From Macrostomum hystrix (Eukaryota; Animalia; Platyhelminthes): a stretch of DNA of 64,000 nt. Location of the stretch: assembly GCA_950097015.1 (NCBI GenBank), contig CATNEN010000041.1, positions 1,860,001 through 1,924,000 of the forward strand, read 5' to 3'. The notes under the pieces are model-generated. The model had not been told where the DNA came from and searched no databases. It worked only from the letters and a program-made list of their open reading frames with translations. This document shows, in pieces, positions 59,171 to 64,000 of the stretch (positions are counted from its first letter, which is position 1; each line of letters opens with the position of its first letter). The translations under genes and the position numbers were made by a program.

Positions 59171-60145
59171 TCACGGAACTAAGGTGAAGAACTCTCGCAT
59201 CTCAGTCTCAGTCATGAAGCTGCTGCCAATGGCGATGGCCCTGACGGTCCCGTTAAACATAGCGGGGTAGTTGTAACGCTTGCCGAAGCGCAAACAGTAC
59301 TGCGCCATGTCCGTCGGGGTGCTCGCCACATTGACGGCCTGGAAAGAGCCGTTGACAAACATGCCCCAAGTGTCGGCACTGGCGTTCACTGAGACACCGA
59401 GATTCACCCATTCGCTGGCGCTCTGAGTCATCAGCACAGCCGAAGTGTAGATGCGCGGAGCCAACCCGACCTGACTCTTCATAACGGCGTAAAACTTCGA
59501 GGCCGCGTCATACTCCCAGATGTGGTGGTAGAACGGACCTGTTTCGAAGTTGCTGCAGTCCAAGAACTCCAGGAAGGGCTGAACTTGAGGCTTCCTTTTC
59601 AGCCGCAGCAGCACGGTAAGGCCGGAGCTGAATCTGATGTCACTCTTGTTCAGCGCCAAGTACGAGCTGCTGCCGTCCAGGGCCACCCCGTCCTGAGTCC
59701 ACTGGACACCCATTGGGTAGAAGCGGTTGCTCAGCTCGTCAGCCTGGCACAGCACATTGTCCAGCCGGCTCGAGCTTTCTCCGAACCACACGTTGTTGAG
59801 CTTTGGGCTGAGCTGGCTGGGGTAGCTGATAGGGAAGCGGATGTACACTCGGCAGTCGGCGCTGAGACCGGTGAGCAGCTGGCGGCACACGGACTGGTAA
59901 CGGAAGAGGCTGCACTGGAGAGTGTCCGGCCGGAACTGGACGATCAGAATGCCCGAAGGCGGCACCTGCGAGGCCAGCATTGAGCAGTGGGACTCAGTGA
60001 ATGCGCGGTAACTGAGCACAGCCTGAGGATCCGCCAAGCACTGCACCTGCATTTGAGTCCAGGTGTCGACTGTAAAGCACTGGAAGGCTCTCAGTGAGCT
60101 CAGCAGCAGGGCAGCAACCAGCAGAGTGACAGCTGAAACTGGCAT
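59171..60145 (-). CDS. Predicted secreted protein: signal peptide + PAN/apple-like N-domain + LamG/concanavalin-A-like (pentraxin-type) C-domain, intronless, 324 aa
   Basis: GC-rich open frame. N-terminus is hydrophobic: MPVSAVTLLVAALLLSSLRA. A Cys-spaced module follows (C..., SHCSML, QF.....QCSLF, VC...DC..Y). The C-half has LamG3-like strands: VALDGSSSYL, FSSGLTVLLRLK, EWVNLGVSV, WGMFVNG, LRFGKR, FNGTVRAIAI...MTETEMREFF. Confidence 0.75.
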   Translation of the reverse strand: MPVSAVTLLVAALLLSSLRAFQCFTVDTWTQMQVQCLADPQAVLSYRAFTESHCSMLASQVPPSGILIVQFRPDTLQCSLFRYQSVCRQLLTGLSADCRVYIRFPISYPSQLSPKLNNVWFGESSSRLDNVLCQADELSNRFYPMGVQWTQDGVALDGSSSYLALNKSDIRFSSGLTVLLRLKRKPQVQPFLEFLDCSNFETGPFYHHIWEYDAASKFYAVMKSQVGLAPRIYTSAVLMTQSASEWVNLGVSVNASADTWGMFVNGSFQAVNVASTPTDMAQYCLRFGKRYNYPAMFNGTVRAIAIGSSFMTETEMREFFTLVP

Positions 60146-60764
60146 TGTGATTCCGGGATGGGCTGAGCAAGAAAGCTCACCAGCTGCCGTATTTATTCTG
60201 ATCCCACACTGCGACTTGGGTTGCCGTGAGCAACAGGGAGCTGCGATCCTGGCAATAAGCAGGTCCATTGTTTAGCACCTCCACCAGCAACAATGACCGG
60301 GTTCACAAATGAGTTTGGAAGGCCTAGGGATTTTAAAATCCAAAGAATAGCAACAGCAGCTTCTCAACGATTTTCCTCTTTAACAGCCGAGGCGGCAGCA
60401 CCTGAATGAAAGCCACCGCTGAGGAAAGGCAAGCAGGGGTTGCATCAATCACCTTTTAGTAGCGACAGCAGGGAAGCAATCCCTCTGGGACGGAAGACAT
60501 TCTTTACTCTTTGAGAAAGTACACCAGAGTGCGGGAGAACAAAACTGAAGCATTAAAAAATAAATACAGGCTTTGCAAGGAAATAACAAGTCGTTCTGTT
60601 CGCGCCTCATAAGCCATCAACAGAAGACATCGACAGGAAGCAACATCCACGACAGACCGATTCACCTTTCTGAACCCAGCCCATTTCCCTTCTTTGCCTA
60701 TCTGCACCTACTCCTCCGTTTTGTTCCTTTGCAGTTAACTTTCTGTCCTCTTGCACCCACCCCA

Positions 60765-61495
60765 CTCCTTTTCTCTGCACCCACCCCACTCTTCTCTGGA
60801 CCCACCCACTCATTTTTTCTGCATCCACCCCACTCCTGTTCTCTGCACCCACCCACTCCTTTTTTCTGCATCCACCCCACTCCTGTTCTCATCACCCACC
60901 CACTCCTTTTCTCTGCACCCACCAACTCCTTTTCTCTGCATCCACCCCACTCCTTTTCTCTGCACCCACCCCACTCTTCTCTGGACCCACCCACTCATTT
61001 TTTCTGCATCCACTTCACTCCTGTTCTCTGCACCCACCCACTCCTTTTTTCTGCATCCACCCCACTCCTGTTCTCTGCACCCACCCACTCCTTTTCTCTG
61101 CACCCACCCACTCCTTTTTTCTGCATCCACCCCACTCCTGTTCTCTGCACCCACCCACTCCTTTTCTCTGCACCCACCCACTCCTTTTCTCTGCACCCAC
61201 CCACTCCTTTTCTCTGCACCCACCCACTCCTTTTCTCTGCACCCACCCACTCCTTTTCTCTGCACCCACCCACTCCTTTTCTCTGCACCCACCCACTCCT
61301 TTTTTCTGCATCCACCCCACTCCTGTTCTCTGCACCCACCCACTCCTTTTCTCTGCACCCACCCACTCCTTTTCTCTGCACCCACCCACTCCTTTTCTCT
61401 GCACCCACCCACTCCTTTTCTCTGCACCCACCCACTCCTTTTCTCTGCACCCATCCACTCCTTTTCTCTGCACCCACCCCACTCCTTTTCTCTAC
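60765..61495. repeat. C-rich imperfect minisatellite (GGAGTGGG family, - orientation)
   Basis: TTCTCTGCACCCACC(C)CACTCCT units with variable T runs. Confidence 0.9.
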
Positions 61496-62224
61496 ATTCT
61501 CTACACCAATTTAAATCTGATCTTTAAGGAAATTAATGATATCAACTTCGCTATATACTTCGCAATGTAAAAGCAATTACAGAGGAATTAATTCAGGAGA
61601 CTCAAGAGCTTGAGTTTACTGTTCTACGCCATGAATGGCTGCAATCGGAGTCTTAGCGACCAAATTTCTTCTATGCAAGCGCTGACAAGACGAACGGATC
61701 TTAGACGCCTCGGGTCAATATATTTTAGTTATCGATCAGCTATTCTAATTAGTGGTAAAACTTGGATACATAAACAGTTTAAACAAGCAAATAGCTCGTA
61801 GCTTAGCAGATTGTGAAAGGCCTTCAAAGCGCAGTCACCCACGCCCATTGATTGTATGCATACGACTGAGGAGATTCCACTCTAGTATCGGAAGGATCAG
61901 AAGGTCCGATCAATTAGCATAGGAACTGCTGCTCTAATGAATGGATGGGGACTCAGCTAAACGCTTTGCTCTGCAAGAAGCACTTTCGTTCAGTGGGCAC
62001 GTTGAAAGTTAAATAAAATCAGCCACTACAATAATGGCGTGGACGAGATAAAAATATGACGCAATCGCTGGGTCAAAAAACTGGATTTGGAGAAACTGGC
62101 ATTTTAATCTAGGATGATGGATAGTGAGCAATGGAGTGCCTGCAGAGGGACAAAGAGAAGGATTGTTGTTGGTGGCGAGGAGTAGGATGTCTGTAAATGG
62201 TCAGAGAAGAATGATGAGTGTCTT

Positions 62225-62625
62225 GGCTGCAGAGTGACAGAGGGGGAGGAGTGGGGTGGCTGCAGAGGGGCAGAGAGGAAGGAGCGGGGTGGATGCAGAG
62301 GGGCAGAGAGGGAGGAGTGGGGTGGCTGCAGAGGGGCAGAGGGGAAGGAGTGGGGTGGCTGCAGAGGAGCAGAGAGGAAGGAGCGGGGTGGATGCAGAGG
62401 GGCAGAGAGGGAGGAGTGGGGTGGCTGCAGAGGGGCAGAGAAGGAGGAGTGGGGTGGCTGCAGAGGGGCAAAGGAGGAGTCGAGTGGGTGAGGGGCAGAG
62501 AGGGAGGAGTGGGGTGGCTGCAGAGGGGCAGAGAGGGAGGAGTGGGGTGGTTGCAGAGGGGCAGATATGGAGGAGTGGGGTGGCTGCAGAGGGGCAAAGG
62601 AGGAGTCGAGTGGGTGAAGAGGGGC
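62225..62625. repeat. G-rich minisatellite (GGAGTGGGGTGG family, + orientation)
   Basis: GAGGAGTGGGGTGGCTGCAGAGGGGCAGAGAGG-like units. Confidence 0.88.
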
Positions 62626-63799
62626 AGAAACGTATAGCAGATATAGTGATATGAGATGCAGTGCCAAAATAGCATTTTTAATAGCTTCTTCTCCTACAGT
62701 GAAACAATAGTGAGAACTATTATAAAAGGCTGGCAGTTATCAGTGCGCCAATAGCAGATTGCAGCAGCGCTCAGACAAAGCACTGTAGTTACAGAATTAA
62801 AGTAGAGAAGCTGCAGCTGGCTGCAGGCACCAGTTAAGCAATAAAACTAGCAATGCGCTAAAAGTATACTTTGTACAAAAGAAACAGATAGGGCGCCTTT
62901 TCTAAAATATTTAGAAAGAAAAAGTCAGACAAAAATACTAGCAGAGGGCAGAAGGACCCAGGCGCATCAGTGATAAACAAGTGAGCACGCTTGCTGCTTC
63001 CGTTTGATCATTAGCCAGTGCAGCAGTGGCAGTGGATATTCGGTCATTAAAGCAATCTAGAATACAAAAGTGAAGCATGCAACTCATGATGGTCCAAATA
63101 ACGCGTATGCAATGATAAGCTTTGCGCTTGGATTAACTGAGAATCGATTGCAAATCTGAGACTTCCGCGTAATAAACAAATCATCTGAAATTATATTTCA
63201 GCTCGAAATCACAACTCAGGCTGAAGTGCGTGAGTGTAATAACAGGACAGTTGCAAGGAACTGCCGGTTGGACATTTGGGACCGAAGCGAGTGCAAAACA
63301 GGGAAATAAATGAACAATTGTAAACAGGAGTGAGGTAAGCGCGAATGGCGAAGAAATGGAGTGAGGTGGGTGCGCTGTGCGTACAGTGAGGGGTGAGGTG
63401 GGTGTGCAGTTTGCGGCTAGAGAGTAGTGAGGTGGGTTCGCTGTGTGCGTACAGTGAGGAGTGAGGTGGGTGTGCAGTTTCCGGAGAGGAATGAAGTGGG
63501 TGCGGTGTGCGTACAGGATGTGGGTGCGAAATGTGAGGCCAGAGAGGGGTGACGTCGGTGCGCAATTTGTGGCGAGAGAGGAGTGGGGAGGGTGAGCAGA
63601 GTAAAAAGGACGGGAGGAAGGCGGGAAGACAGTGCTGTATAACGCAAATCACAGAGAAGCATTACACAATTTAGAATGCCAGGTTCGTCATTTAATTACG
63701 AATACAATAAATTACGGGTAAAAGAGAACAGAAAAGGCTGAAAGAATAAAAGAATACTGTGTACTCTGCTATGTGTGAGCGTAATTGTAGGCTGGGAGG

Positions 63800-64000
63800 T
63801 CACTGGACGGCGCAGTCAATGCCGACTGTGCCGGAGTCATCAGTGGGCACTCTAAGAACGTTGGCTAACGCCCTAAACAGGTATGTCAGCGTACCGAACC
63901 TGCCGCTAGGCGCCGAGTCGTAGAAATGCGCGCAGATGCCGCAGGCTCCGCCGCAGGCCAGCGACTTGTCAGCGCTGGCGCAGCAGGAGACGGCATCGCC
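63800..64000 (-). CDS. 3' end of an unidentified Cys-rich protein-coding gene running off the window
   Basis: Minus frame from 64000 is open for 66 codons with GC-rich codons: GDAVSCCASADKSLACGGACGICAHFYDSAPSGRFGTLTYLFRALANVLRVPTDDSGTVGIDCAVQ*. The TGA is at 63802-63800. The other two minus frames close early. Confidence 0.45.
   Translation of the reverse strand, partial: GDAVSCCASADKSLACGGACGICAHFYDSAPSGRFGTLTYLFRALANVLRVPTDDSGTVGIDCAVQ

Noticed and set aside
59171-60145. Horizontal transfer from bacteria as the origin of the intronless LamG-type gene
   Set aside because: GC content and codon style are similar to neighbouring exons, and the signal peptide plus Cys module is eukaryote-like. 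Nothing in the sequence supports transfer without a phylogeny.
2608-60145. A functionally coherent gene cluster or operon
   Set aside because: Genes alternate strands, are kilobases apart and belong to unrelated pathways.

Overview
This is eukaryotic (metazoan) genomic DNA, not prokaryotic. GC-rich exons with GT-AG introns sit among about 40 distinct micro/minisatellite arrays, which by my hand tally cover roughly a third of the window. The style suggests a free-living flatworm such as Macrostomum, but that is inference only. I reconstructed gene models by hand and checked splice phases. They are: (1) a 4-exon KH + extended-Tudor protein like AKAP1/spoonbill (+, 2608-16224); (2) an 18-exon TRPM2-like channel with a C-terminal NUDT9-homology domain (-, 22149-32383); (3) a 5-exon MTMR3/4-like myotubularin with intact HCSDGWDRT but no visible FYVE domain (+, 36159-42277); (4) an intronless KCTD8/12/16-like BTB+H1 protein (-, 54151-54879); (5) an intronless secreted PAN-like + LamG/ConA-like protein (-, 59171-60145); and (6) the 3' end of an unknown Cys-rich gene at the right edge. 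Mobile-element remnants include a LINE reverse-transcriptase fragment, two oppositely oriented Merlin/IS1595-type transposase fragments and two copies of a tRNA-headed CORE-like SINE. The most interesting observations are these. The TRPM2-like channel keeps an invertebrate-type FGE pore and several ADPR-contact motifs but has lost the Nudix catalytic box. Several intronic minisatellites are built from splice-signal-like units: donor, branch point and AG|GT. A 3-kb two-module composite satellite shows a polarity gradient. Most long ORFs in the supplied track are artefacts of tandem repeats.
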